Origin: a virus
Taxonomy: Duplodnaviria > Heunggongvirae > Uroviricota > Caudoviricetes
Length of the DNA: 39,344 nt
Virus record (IMG/VR): IMGVR_UViG_645058835_000004
Span: 1 to 39,344 of that record
Direction: 5' to 3' (one strand)
The notes below the pieces were generated by a model that saw only the letters and a list, made by a program, of their open reading frames with translations, was not told the DNA's origin and did no database searches. The translations under genes and the position numbers were made by a program. This document shows positions 19,819 to 28,883 of the stretch, one piece after another. How positions within the stretch are numbered: the stretch's first letter is position 1; each line of letters starts with the position of its first letter.

Positions 19819-19913
19819 GCTGCTTTCTCCTGAAATAGAGGGCGGTGGACGGGGTTTTGATGTGGCAGTGCCTTTCGCCACCCCGTGCCGCCCGTGCGCG
19901 GGGGCACGTTCTG

Positions 19914-20564
19914 TCAGCGGCTGTCATTGCGCAGTCTGCGCTCCAGCTGCTGTTTGTCTTTTTTCACGCCACAGCGGGGATCGAGCTGTAACGCATGGTT
20001 GAGATGATTAAGGGCGGAAGCCGGATTGCTTTCACTCAGGACAGCGCCAATCGCTTTATGCAGACGCGCCCGTGACTGGTCCGGCATATCCAGACCGTCT
20101 GTCAGCTCCAGCGTCTGCAACAACAGATCGGCATCAAAGCCGGTGGCGGCAAGTATTGCGCTCTGCGCGGCGTCTGCCATTTCCTCTGCCAGCACGGTCT
20201 GCACGTTGCGGTTACCCAGCGGCATCACCCAGCCATGACGCAGGGCATGACGCCCGATCTCCAGCGCCCCGGCATAATCTCCGGCATCAATACGCCACAG
20301 CATCACGTACATCAGCACGTCATCCTGTTGAGCGCCTCCGGCAGCCAGAACACCCTCCGCCCAGGCGGCGTACTTCGGCAACAGCTCCACTTTGATTTCC
20401 GCTTTTTTGACCGTGGACTGAACGCCCTTGAGACGGCGGCGGTCTTCCGCCAGTTGCAGCAGCATCAGGTCATAGCCCGACGCGTGGCGAACGCTGCCGC
20501 CCTCACGGGCGGCCTGTTCAGCCTGAACGCGCAGGCGATGCTGCCGTGCGGGACTCAGGCTCAT
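19914..20564 (-). CDS. Terminase small (endonuclease) subunit gpM
   Basis: 216-aa ORF between N and L; sequence read as P2 gpM-like. Confidence 0.8.
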   Translation of the reverse strand: MSLSPARQHRLRVQAEQAAREGGSVRHASGYDLMLLQLAEDRRRLKGVQSTVKKAEIKVELLPKYAAWAEGVLAAGGAQQDDVLMYVMLWRIDAGDYAGALEIGRHALRHGWVMPLGNRNVQTVLAEEMADAAQSAILAATGFDADLLLQTLELTDGLDMPDQSRARLHKAIGAVLSESNPASALNHLNHALQLDPRCGVKKDKQQLERRLRNDSR

Positions 20565-20567
20565 GGG

Positions 20568-21626
20568 TTACGCTCCGGCTTCTGCTGCGGCGGCGCTAAA
20601 ATCGCCAATCTGGATGTTTTCCACCAGTGCAGCGCAGCGGTAGTCCTCAACCACATAGGCTTCGTTAACGGATTCAAAGTTTTCAATCCGGTCACGTTTC
20701 GGGTTGTCGATAACTGAACGGCGGCGGGTGTCTTCCTGCCAGTAGATGGACAGGTTATCCAGACGGGTGATCAGCAGCGCATTCGGCGGGAAGAACGGCG
20801 CACGCACGGCCTGCAGGCCACCCATGCGTTTCTGGCTGATGATCATATCTGCAGCCAGTTTTTCACTGTTCTCCTGCTCTTTGTTGACCAGCGGGAAATA
20901 CTTGTCAGACAACAGTTCACGACCGCAAATCACCACCAGATCGTCATCGTCCTGGTAGACCACGTCGATAAGCTCATTGACCGCATCCATCACTACAGCG
21001 TCCAGGTTGGCATATTCGCCACCTTTGCCGACTTTCACTGCGCCCGGTGTGGTTTCACCGCCCGTGGTGGTGCTGCCCATGACGTGATCCGGTGCATCCT
21101 CACGGATTTTCTGCAACCAGCCTTTGTTCACATCCTGCAGCAGCGGGTTTTCGCTACGGTTAGAGGTTTTCGCGCGCTTCACGCCGTTAAAGCCGATCAT
21201 GATGCGGTCCAGTGCCTGACGTTTCACGATGGCGTCACGGATACGCACCTGGAAATCCTGAAACTTCGCCCACAGATCCAGCTTCGCGTAGGTCAGCACC
21301 GTGTCAAAGTTGGTCTGCTCGCATTTATATTCCACATCGACCATCAGGGTCGGATCGACGGGTTCACGCTCTTTCGCGGAGGTATCAGTGGTTCCGGCAA
21401 TGGTACTACCAACACCCAGCCCCAGCAGCTGACCGGACTGTTCAGTCACTGGCGTGACGTTAATCAGCGTCAGGAAAGCGGCGGACTGCTGGATCTGGTC
21501 TTCCAGCGTCTGCTGTACAGACGGCTCCACGGTGAATTTGCTGGACAGTTCTTCAACTGCCACACCGTTCAGACGCGCCAGCTGCTGCAGGTAAGCGTTA
21601 AAAGCAAAGCGGGTATTCTTCTTCAT
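20568..21626 (-). CDS. Major capsid protein gpN
   Basis: 352-aa ORF downstream of the scaffold gene. Confidence 0.9.
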   Translation of the reverse strand: MKKNTRFAFNAYLQQLARLNGVAVEELSSKFTVEPSVQQTLEDQIQQSAAFLTLINVTPVTEQSGQLLGLGVGSTIAGTTDTSAKEREPVDPTLMVDVEYKCEQTNFDTVLTYAKLDLWAKFQDFQVRIRDAIVKRQALDRIMIGFNGVKRAKTSNRSENPLLQDVNKGWLQKIREDAPDHVMGSTTTGGETTPGAVKVGKGGEYANLDAVVMDAVNELIDVVYQDDDDLVVICGRELLSDKYFPLVNKEQENSEKLAADMIISQKRMGGLQAVRAPFFPPNALLITRLDNLSIYWQEDTRRRSVIDNPKRDRIENFESVNEAYVVEDYRCAALVENIQIGDFSAAAAEAGA

Positions 21627-21642
21627 CAGGTTTTGTGCTCCA

Positions 21643-22476
21643 TCAGCAATTGGTCAGAGTGTCAGCGGGGGCGTTACCGCCTGTTGCACGCTGGCGGTAG
21701 TCCTGGCGGCTGTCTTCATGACTCAGCTTATTCACCAGTTCGTTAAAGGCGGTTTGCTGCTCCTGCAGAGCAGTCTCCAGCTCAGACAGGCGTTCTTCCT
21801 GCTCAGACAGGGATTTTTCGGTGCGTGCGCTCAGGTTCTGCTGCTCAGTGGCGACCAGCTCCACGGCCTTATGCACATCAGAGAACCGGGCATCGTCGGA
21901 CTGCTCTTTTTTGGTGAACAGCGCCGTGACACGGGTAAACAGGGACGGCTTGTCCTCCTGGATTTCTTCCAGTTCGATCACCGTTTCCTCTGCAGCGGTA
22001 AAGAGATTGGCAGGATTCTGCTTGCGGTTTGCCAGCGGGTTATGGGCTGCACTGGCGCTGAATGTCAGCATTTCCGTACCCAGACTGGCAGGGTCATCAG
22101 TGGCAGCCAGGCCGACCAGGTAGGCTTTGCCCGTATCAGCGAACTTCGGGCTGACTTCCATAGAGGTGAATAATTTCTGGCCTTTTTTCACCAGTTCCAC
22201 CAGGGACTCCGTTGGCTCAACGTCGGCATACAGCGCCATCTTGCCTGCCAGCGGACCTTCCGTGATTTCTTCAGCAAACAGCGCCGTCACCTTGCCGTAG
22301 CGGTTAAAGGTGCTGTCCGGCAGATAAGACTTGATGTGCTCAAGGTTAATCAGCGCGGTATACACCGCCGGGTTGTAGCTGGCTGCCATCTGTTCCAGCC
22401 ATTCACGCTGGATTTCGCGTCCGTCGGTGGTGGCACCTTCCACCCCGATGCGAAAACGCTTTGCTTTCACTGTCAT
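21643..22476 (-). CDS. Capsid scaffolding protein gpO
   Basis: 277-aa ORF with coiled-coil-rich C-terminal half; first gene of the O-N-M-L-X operon, divergent from P. Confidence 0.85.
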   Translation of the reverse strand: MTVKAKRFRIGVEGATTDGREIQREWLEQMAASYNPAVYTALINLEHIKSYLPDSTFNRYGKVTALFAEEITEGPLAGKMALYADVEPTESLVELVKKGQKLFTSMEVSPKFADTGKAYLVGLAATDDPASLGTEMLTFSASAAHNPLANRKQNPANLFTAAEETVIELEEIQEDKPSLFTRVTALFTKKEQSDDARFSDVHKAVELVATEQQNLSARTEKSLSEQEERLSELETALQEQQTAFNELVNKLSHEDSRQDYRQRATGGNAPADTLTNC

Positions 22477-22554
22477 GAGCCGTGCTCCGTTAGAAAAAAC
22501 TTACTGGAGCCTTATGGTTGCGGTGATGGGGGCAGTGAAACAATGCGCGGTATT

Positions 22555-22572
22555 TGTACCGACAACCACACA
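22555..22572. promoter_or_regulatory. Candidate Ogr-dependent late promoter element in the O/P divergent region (geometry fits PO)
   Basis: TGT-N12-ACA dyad (TGTaccgacaaccacACA); as -64..-47 of a minus-strand promoter the TSS is ~22508, 32 nt before the O ATG. Confidence 0.45.
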
Positions 22573-22618
22573 AACCGCAGGCGGGGAAAGCCTTCATTCA
22601 AGGCTGTAGGTTTGTGCC

Positions 22619-24385
22619 ATGAACACCACACTGACACCCGCAGATCTCGATCCCCGTCGGCAGGCCATGCTGCTGTACTTTCAGGGATACCGCGTCGCCC
22701 GCATTGCTGAAATGCTGGGCGAGAAAGTTGCAACCGTTCACAGCTGGAAAAAACGCGACAAGTGGGGTGACTATGGGCCGCTGGATCAGATGCAGCTCAC
22801 CACCGCCGCACGCTACTGCCAGCTCATTATGAAGGAGCACAAAGAAGGGAAAGATTTCAAAGAGATTGACCTGCTGGCGCGCCAGTCGGAGCGCCACGCG
22901 CGGATCGGCAAGTTTAACAATGGCGGCAACGAAGCCGACTTAAACCCTAACGTCGCCAACCGCAACAAAGGCCCGCGCCGTCAGCCGGAAAAGAATGTCT
23001 TCACCGATGAACAGATTGAGAAGCTGGAAGAAATCTTCCATTCCTCCATGTTCAACTACCAGCGCCACTGGTGGGAAGCCGGAAAAACCAACCGCATCCG
23101 CAACCTGCTGAAGTCACGCCAGATCGGCGCGACCTTTTACTTTGCCCGTGAAGCCCTGATTGACGCCCTGCTTACCGGGCGTAACCAGATTTTCCTTTCC
23201 GCCAGCAAGGCTCAGGCCCACGTCTTTAAACAGTACATCATCGACTTCGCCAAAGAAGTGGAAGTGGAGCTGAAAGGCGATCCGATGGTGCTTCCTAACG
23301 GGGCCACACTGTATTTCCTCGGCACCAATGCCCGCACGGCCCAGAGTTACCACGGCAACCTGTATCTGGATGAATATTTCTGGATACCGAAATTCCAGGA
23401 GCTGCGCAAAGTGGCTTCCGGTATGGCTATTCACAAAAAATGGCGACAAACCTATTTTTCCACGCCATCCAGCCTGACACACAGTGCTTATCCGTTCTGG
23501 TCCGGTGCGCTGTTCAACCGAGGGCGCAACAAAGCCGATAAGGTGGACATCGACCTGTCCCACAGCAATCTGGCCCCCGGCCTGCTGTGCGCAGACGGGC
23601 AGTACCGCCAGATAGTCACTGTGGAAGATGCGGTGCGCGGCGGCTGTAACCTGTTCGACCTCGACCAGTTGCGCATGGAGTACAGCCCGGACGAATACCA
23701 GAACCTGCTGATGTGTGAGTTCGTGGACGATCTCGCGTCTGTGTTCCCACTCAGCGAGCTGCAGGCGTGCATGGTGGACAGTTGGGAAGTCTGGACCGAC
23801 TTTCATGCACTGGCCCTGCGCCCGTTTGGCTGGCGCGAAGTGTGGATCGGATATGACCCGGCGAAAGGTACGCAGAACGGCGACAGCGCCGGATGCGTGG
23901 TGGTGGCGCCGCCAGCCGTGCCGGGCGGTAAGTTCCGCATTCTTGAGCGTCACCAGTGGCGCGGAATGGACTTCCGCGCCCAGGCTGACGCCATCAAAAA
24001 ACTGACCGAACAGTACAACGTGACCTATATCGGTATCGACTCAACCGGCGTTGGTCACGGGGTTTACGAGAACGTGAAAGCGTTTTTTCCTGCCGTCCGG
24101 GAGTTTGTCTACAACCCCAACGTTAAAAACGCTCTGGTACTCAAGGCCTACGATATTATCAGCCACCGCCGTCTGGAGTTTGACGCCGGACACACCGACA
24201 TAGCGCAGTCCTTTATGGCAATCCGTCGCGCCACCACCGCCAGTGGCAACCGCCCGACCTATGAAGCCAGCCGCAGCGAAGAAGCCAGCCACGCCGATCT
24301 GGCCTGGGCAACGATGCACGCACTGTTTAACGAACCGCTGCAGGGCGAATCCGCCAATACCAGCAATATTGTGGAGATTTTTTGA
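22619..24385 (+). CDS. Terminase large (ATPase) subunit gpP
   Basis: 588-aa ORF divergent from O; sequence read as P2 gpP-like. Confidence 0.9.
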   Translation: MNTTLTPADLDPRRQAMLLYFQGYRVARIAEMLGEKVATVHSWKKRDKWGDYGPLDQMQLTTAARYCQLIMKEHKEGKDFKEIDLLARQSERHARIGKFNNGGNEADLNPNVANRNKGPRRQPEKNVFTDEQIEKLEEIFHSSMFNYQRHWWEAGKTNRIRNLLKSRQIGATFYFAREALIDALLTGRNQIFLSASKAQAHVFKQYIIDFAKEVEVELKGDPMVLPNGATLYFLGTNARTAQSYHGNLYLDEYFWIPKFQELRKVASGMAIHKKWRQTYFSTPSSLTHSAYPFWSGALFNRGRNKADKVDIDLSHSNLAPGLLCADGQYRQIVTVEDAVRGGCNLFDLDQLRMEYSPDEYQNLLMCEFVDDLASVFPLSELQACMVDSWEVWTDFHALALRPFGWREVWIGYDPAKGTQNGDSAGCVVVAPPAVPGGKFRILERHQWRGMDFRAQADAIKKLTEQYNVTYIGIDSTGVGHGVYENVKAFFPAVREFVYNPNVKNALVLKAYDIISHRRLEFDAGHTDIAQSFMAIRRATTASGNRPTYEASRSEEASHADLAWATMHALFNEPLQGESANTSNIVEIF

Positions 24386-25419
24386 TGGAAAAGAGTAAGA
24401 AGAACCGCGCTGCGGCGACGAAACAGATCCAGCTTAAAAGTCAAACTACAGCCGAAGCATTCAGCTTCGGCGATCCCGTTCCTGTTCTGGACCGCCGAGA
24501 ACTGCTGGATTATGTGGAATGCGTACAGATGGACCGCTGGTATGAGCCGCCCGTCAGCTTTGACGGACTGGCGCGCACCTTCCGCGCTGCCGTTCATCAT
24601 AGTTCCCCGATTGCAGTAAAGTGCAACATTCTGACCAGCACCTACATCCCTCACCCGCTGCTCAGCCAGCAGGCTTTTTCGCGTTTTGTGCAGGACTATC
24701 TGGTATTTGGTAACGCCTACCTGGAGAAACGCACGAACCGCTTCGGTGAAGTTATCGCCCTTGAACCTGCCTTGGCAAAATACACCCGACGCGGGTTAGA
24801 CCTGGATACCTACTGGTTTGTGCAATACGGTATGACCACGCAGCCATATCAGTTCACGAAAGGCAGCATCTTTCATCTGATGGAACCGGACATCAACCAG
24901 GAGATCTACGGCCTGCCCGGTTATCTTTCTGCCATTCCGTCAACTCTGCTCAACGAGTCCGCCACGCTGTTCCGCCGCAAGTATTACATTAACGGCAGTC
25001 ATGCAGGCTTCATCATGTACATGACCGATGCTGCGCAGAACCAGGAGGATGTGAACAACCTCCGCAATGCGATGAAAAGCGCCAAAGGTCCTGGTAACTT
25101 CCGTAACCTGTTTATGTACTCGCCTAACGGTAAAAAGGACGGGCTTCAGATTATCCCGTTGTCAGAAGTCGCAGCGAAGGATGAATTTCTGAACATCAAG
25201 AACGTCAGCCGTGATGACATGATGGCGGCGCACCGTGTGCCGCCGCAAATGATGGGGATTATGCCGAATAATGTTGGAGGGTTTGGGGATGTGGAGAAGG
25301 CCAGCCGCGTTTTTGTGCGAAATGAGTTAATTCCTTTACAAAAGCGACTTGAAGAATTTAACGAATGGTTAAATGAACCAATAATATCTTTTGACCCCTA
25401 CCAGTTGAACGCTGAATAG
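24385..25419 (+). CDS. Portal protein gpQ
   Basis: 344 aa from the ATG at 24385 (overlaps the P stop TGA); the listed ORF begins 3 nt earlier at a TTG. Confidence 0.9.
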   Translation: MEKSKKNRAAATKQIQLKSQTTAEAFSFGDPVPVLDRRELLDYVECVQMDRWYEPPVSFDGLARTFRAAVHHSSPIAVKCNILTSTYIPHPLLSQQAFSRFVQDYLVFGNAYLEKRTNRFGEVIALEPALAKYTRRGLDLDTYWFVQYGMTTQPYQFTKGSIFHLMEPDINQEIYGLPGYLSAIPSTLLNESATLFRRKYYINGSHAGFIMYMTDAAQNQEDVNNLRNAMKSAKGPGNFRNLFMYSPNGKKDGLQIIPLSEVAAKDEFLNIKNVSRDDMMAAHRVPPQMMGIMPNNVGGFGDVEKASRVFVRNELIPLQKRLEEFNEWLNEPIISFDPYQLNAE

Positions 25420-25463
25420 ATTATCCCTGTCTAACCAGTCAAGCATCGCCTGTGTGCGACTGG

Positions 25464-26009
25464 TTAAAATCTACGCCTAAATCCTAGTTTCTCACCCGGT
25501 GTCATTGCCCTACCGACCGCTCCTTCTAATAAATGAGTGTTGTTCTGTAAATGCTCGCGAGCCCACGGCTGCAAATTGAAAGCGAATCCGTCAATCATAC
25601 TGCCCACGTTTGCAGCTCTATAGGTTATGCGCTTAGCAACCAACCCCCCCATAACACCATCTTCAGGACCACACATTAGTGAGTTTTCGCCATCAATTAT
25701 ATAAGACCAGAGGTATCCCTTCTCCTCAGGAGTTAGCTTCTCCAAATAAGAGATACGTACTTTGTGCCTTTGTCTATCGCCATATAGGTCATGAAAAAAC
25801 TGATATACTCTTGCAACTAAAAAAGAGACAGCCAGTAAAAATGCTGGTCCTATGAAATTTCTATATTCTTTACGGAAACCATCAACCGCAACTTTAGAAG
25901 CTAAAGATTCTGGCAAAAAAAGGATCAAACTTAAACCACATGTAATAGCTACAAGAAGTGCCGTTGGAATCTTTCTAAAAAAATCCAATAATCCAGTAAT
26001 AGCATCCAT
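25464..26009 (-). CDS. Small membrane protein, moron between Q and cos (possible superinfection-exclusion-type protein)
   Basis: 181-aa ORF with two N-terminal hydrophobic segments and a soluble C-terminal domain; lower GC than the flanking backbone. Confidence 0.5.
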   Translation of the reverse strand: MDAITGLLDFFRKIPTALLVAITCGLSLILFLPESLASKVAVDGFRKEYRNFIGPAFLLAVSFLVARVYQFFHDLYGDRQRHKVRISYLEKLTPEEKGYLWSYIIDGENSLMCGPEDGVMGGLVAKRITYRAANVGSMIDGFAFNLQPWAREHLQNNTHLLEGAVGRAMTPGEKLGFRRRF

Positions 26010-26095
26010 TTATTTACACCTCAATATGCTCAAAAAACCGCGTCAAATTCTACCTCATAACCTTACTAAAAACACCGTATCCCCATCAGCGCGCG

Positions 26096-26114
26096 CTCGT
26101 ATCCCCGCCACGCC
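26096..26114 (-). other. Candidate cos site (cohesive-end region)
   Basis: Minus-strand GGCGTGGCGGGGATACGAG resembles the P2 cohesive end GGCGAGGCGGGGAAAGCAC as I recall it (14 of 19 identical); lies distal to Q; direct repeat CGTATCCCC 23 bp away. Confidence 0.45.
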
Positions 26115-26432
26115 TGCCCGCTTTATGTAGTGGTTTTCATGCACCTGCATGTTCTACGTAAAAGCCCGCTAGTTCTGGCGAGCCTTAGCAAAAACGATCC
26201 TTAAACGATCATGCGATTTCATGCAGCATAGTCATGCACTGTCTAAGAGAAGTGAAAGTCCCTGAATGACCACTTGAAAAACGAAACATACAGACTTACA
26301 AAGATGAAGCTCTACTGTGAGCGAGGAACATACATAGTTGCTCTGTAATAGCCAAATTTTAAGCAGGAAATCTCTTTTTTATGACAAAACTATAAAGAAA
26401 AACAGACCGTTTCATCGCTCGATGAAAATATA

Positions 26433-28010
26433 CTACAATACTTTTCTCTCGATGGTATTTTTAATGGTCAACATATCTTTAGGAATACTTTTTTTCCCCT
26501 CTATACGTATGGTAAACACAAAAAGAATAACTGCTGATCTCACAATTTTCATGAGTTGTAAGAGCTGTTTCTCAAACTTTTCTTTCTCAATAAATCTCAC
26601 CTCATCAAAAAATCCATAAGAATTATATAAATCAACTAACATGTCTTTCTCGTGAATAACTAACAGTTTATGTTCTAAATCATTCCTCCATTCTTTAAAA
26701 AAAGCAAGCTCACCATTTTTATCATTCAAATCCATAGCAATACTAAACAAACCCAGCAATCCTTTATTATTTATTTTGTTTATTTTAAGCTTTCTTTTTT
26801 CATCACTAATCCGCCAGAAGTTATGAAAGTATATATGTCCTCTATCTGGTTTTAAATCAAATAATTGACACAGAGCAACTGCTATTTTATCCAAGATACC
26901 AAAGCAAGCTCTAAATGCAACCCTTAACTTCTCAACATTTTCATACAATATTTCTCCATTATACAATTCAGAATAACATACCTCCGAATCCTCATCAAAA
27001 AACTCACTATCAACCTTATATTCAAAAAACATTTTTCGTGCTAAGGAATACTCAGCTTTAAGTCTATTTAACACCATTTCCATTGGCACTATAAAATCAC
27101 CAAACACACCTTCCTCGGTGGTAGCAATAGTTATATTATCTTTAGATGACGCATAACAATTGCAATATAGCGAATGATCAGACAACATTAGATTATTATC
27201 TATACAAAACCTCTGGTAGTTTGATAAAGTATCATACTCCTCCTGCGTGAGCCTTTCATCTGTACTTATATCCTCTATGCCATATACACATGATTCACTC
27301 AATATACTTTCGTTGTACTTTATTTTTCTTTGAAGAGCAACCTTCCATGAAGGAAAACATTTCCCTGACTTTATTGCACACTCATAACCTCGAATAACTT
27401 CTTTAATCATTTTATATGTATATGTTGTAGATAATTCATTAAGCAATTCTAATGCCTCAGATCTGTTTACCCACGCCTGAGGAATTGAGTTATCAATAGA
27501 TATTGCTTGTTCATAATAATCCATTGATTCAGATATACGATATTGTTTTTTTAATACATTAGCTAGATTAACTATTAAATCAGGGGGCACCCATCCATCT
27601 TCTTGTGAAAGTTTAAACGCTTTCCAGTAATTATTTTTTACATCATTCAGCTTAATGAAACTATCAATATCTGCATTGTCATTAGGATTAAAATCAAGAA
27701 CTGCGCTCATTCCATTTGCCAAGTTATAGTAATATAAGGATTCTTTCATTATAGTCAGAAATTCATTTTTATTGTTTATAAAGATATTTAAGCCTTCCTC
27801 CGCTATATTTTTTACATTACTAAAACTTCCGATATCAATAAGATTTCCGGCCAAATTAGATAATATAATTATTCTATTTTCTTTGATTGTATTTATCTCA
27901 TCGATACCGTTAAGAATATCCTTTACATTTTTATAGGCAGAATCAAATGAACCTGCATTAATAAGATCATCTACGAACCCCATTTTTGAAACAACATAGT
28001 TGATATCCAT
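26433..28010 (-). CDS. Cargo protein with TPR-like repeats and C-terminal HEPN-like RNxxxH motif (candidate abortive-infection/defence RNase)
   Basis: 525-aa strongly AT-rich ORF at the P2 old/tin-equivalent position; TPR-like helical segments; motif WRNDLEH (R442-H447, approx. 26670-26687). Confidence 0.5.
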   Translation of the reverse strand: MDINYVVSKMGFVDDLINAGSFDSAYKNVKDILNGIDEINTIKENRIIILSNLAGNLIDIGSFSNVKNIAEEGLNIFINNKNEFLTIMKESLYYYNLANGMSAVLDFNPNDNADIDSFIKLNDVKNNYWKAFKLSQEDGWVPPDLIVNLANVLKKQYRISESMDYYEQAISIDNSIPQAWVNRSEALELLNELSTTYTYKMIKEVIRGYECAIKSGKCFPSWKVALQRKIKYNESILSESCVYGIEDISTDERLTQEEYDTLSNYQRFCIDNNLMLSDHSLYCNCYASSKDNITIATTEEGVFGDFIVPMEMVLNRLKAEYSLARKMFFEYKVDSEFFDEDSEVCYSELYNGEILYENVEKLRVAFRACFGILDKIAVALCQLFDLKPDRGHIYFHNFWRISDEKRKLKINKINNKGLLGLFSIAMDLNDKNGELAFFKEWRNDLEHKLLVIHEKDMLVDLYNSYGFFDEVRFIEKEKFEKQLLQLMKIVRSAVILFVFTIRIEGKKSIPKDMLTIKNTIERKVL

Positions 28011-28297
28011 TCAATCCTCTTTAAACTAAGCTAATAATACCAATCATTATATGGATGAGATCAATATAGAACATGCCATCTCCGGCAAAAATCGTACTAC
28101 ATCAGACCAGTGCCCTTCAAATAATATAAATTGAACTTAGATACTTCTGCTTCAACCAGTGTGTTAAATCCATCGCTTGAACTCAGAACAAAAAGCGGAC
28201 GATCACTTATCAAAATGGCCGTCCACCTAACGCCTCGTTTCACTCGTTGCCCAAAATAGTCCCCCATCAGAATGAATCCTCTTGGGGGCAACGTTTC

Positions 28298-28531
28298 TTA
28301 ATGCAGCCAGCTGTCGTCTTCCCACACCTTCTGCATAATTTTCATCACTTGCTTCCTTTCTTCGTCCAGTTGCAGTCCGATCAGTTCCACACCGTTAGAG
28401 CTACCTTTGCGAATGCGAATTACCGTTTTGGGATACAGGGGGCGCAGATTGCGGTAAAGCTCGGATTCAAGGGCGTCCAGGGTAGACTGGCTAATCTTCT
28501 GCTCTTTATCGATCATTATTTCAATGCGCAT
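28298..28531 (-). CDS. DinI-family protein (Tum-like antirepressor module)
   Basis: 77 aa from the internal ATG (MRIEIMIDKEQK...WEDDSWLH) with DinI-like layout; second gene of a LexA-boxed operon. Confidence 0.75.
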   Translation of the reverse strand: MRIEIMIDKEQKISQSTLDALESELYRNLRPLYPKTVIRIRKGSSNGVELIGLQLDEERKQVMKIMQKVWEDDSWLH

Positions 28532-28541
28532 AAAAGTCACC

Positions 28542-28730
28542 TCAGCTGATGACATCCATTGAGCGGTTGTATTCGTGGGTTCTGATTTTTGCCATGAGTT
28601 CATCTGTCAGTTCAGAAACCCACTGCAGGGCCAGCCCCTTCTCTTCATCACTACACTCACTAGCCGCTACAAGCTTAAGAAAAAAATCAATGCGCTGGAG
28701 CTTCAAAGACTCCAAAAAATAGTCCTGCAT
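28542..28730 (-). CDS. Small hypothetical protein, first gene of the SOS operon
   Basis: 62 aa from the internal ATG preceded by GGAGG; the longer ORF to 28832 would read through the LexA box. Confidence 0.4.
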   Translation of the reverse strand: MQDYFLESLKLQRIDFFLKLVAASECSDEEKGLALQWVSELTDELMAKIRTHEYNRSMDVIS

Positions 28731-28771
28731 CTTTCCTCCTATGACACCACAAGCAATACTGTACGCATAAC

Positions 28772-28791
28772 CACTGTTTATATTTACAGTA
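28772..28791 (-). promoter_or_regulatory. LexA box (SOS operator) upstream of the DinI/Tum-like operon
   Basis: cACTGTttatatttACAGta, a perfect CTGT-N8-ACAG with AT-rich spacer, about 40 bp upstream of the small-ORF ATG. Confidence 0.65.
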
Positions 28792-28883
28792 TATAATAAT
28801 CTTACTGATGTAAAACGTTTTTTTACGTTCATCAGCCTGATATACCTGGTATTATTAAGAGCACGAATTGTTAACCCGCGTAA

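Noticed and set aside
22578-22593. cos-like motif caGGCGGGGAAAGCc in the O/P intergenic region
   Set aside because: Resembles the P2 cohesive-end core but lies in the divergent late-promoter region, not distal to Q where cos is expected; a 13-nt match in 39 kb can occur by chance. The 26096-26114 site is the better cos candidate.
23114-23953. 279-aa minus-strand ORF inside gpP, and similar antisense ORFs inside gpA (29415..30155), gpN (21084..21746), gpI (12382..12969) and gpD (3801..4451)
   Set aside because: All lie fully within confidently assigned phage genes on the opposite strand and have Arg/Ala-rich antisense composition.
28246-28292. Nested inverted repeat (GTTGCCC...GGGCAAC with inner CCCCCA...TGGGGG) just downstream of the DinI-like gene
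   Set aside because: Could be a terminator for the SOS operon, but there is no U-tract on the minus strand after the stem and the loop is long (~16 nt); kept as uncertain.
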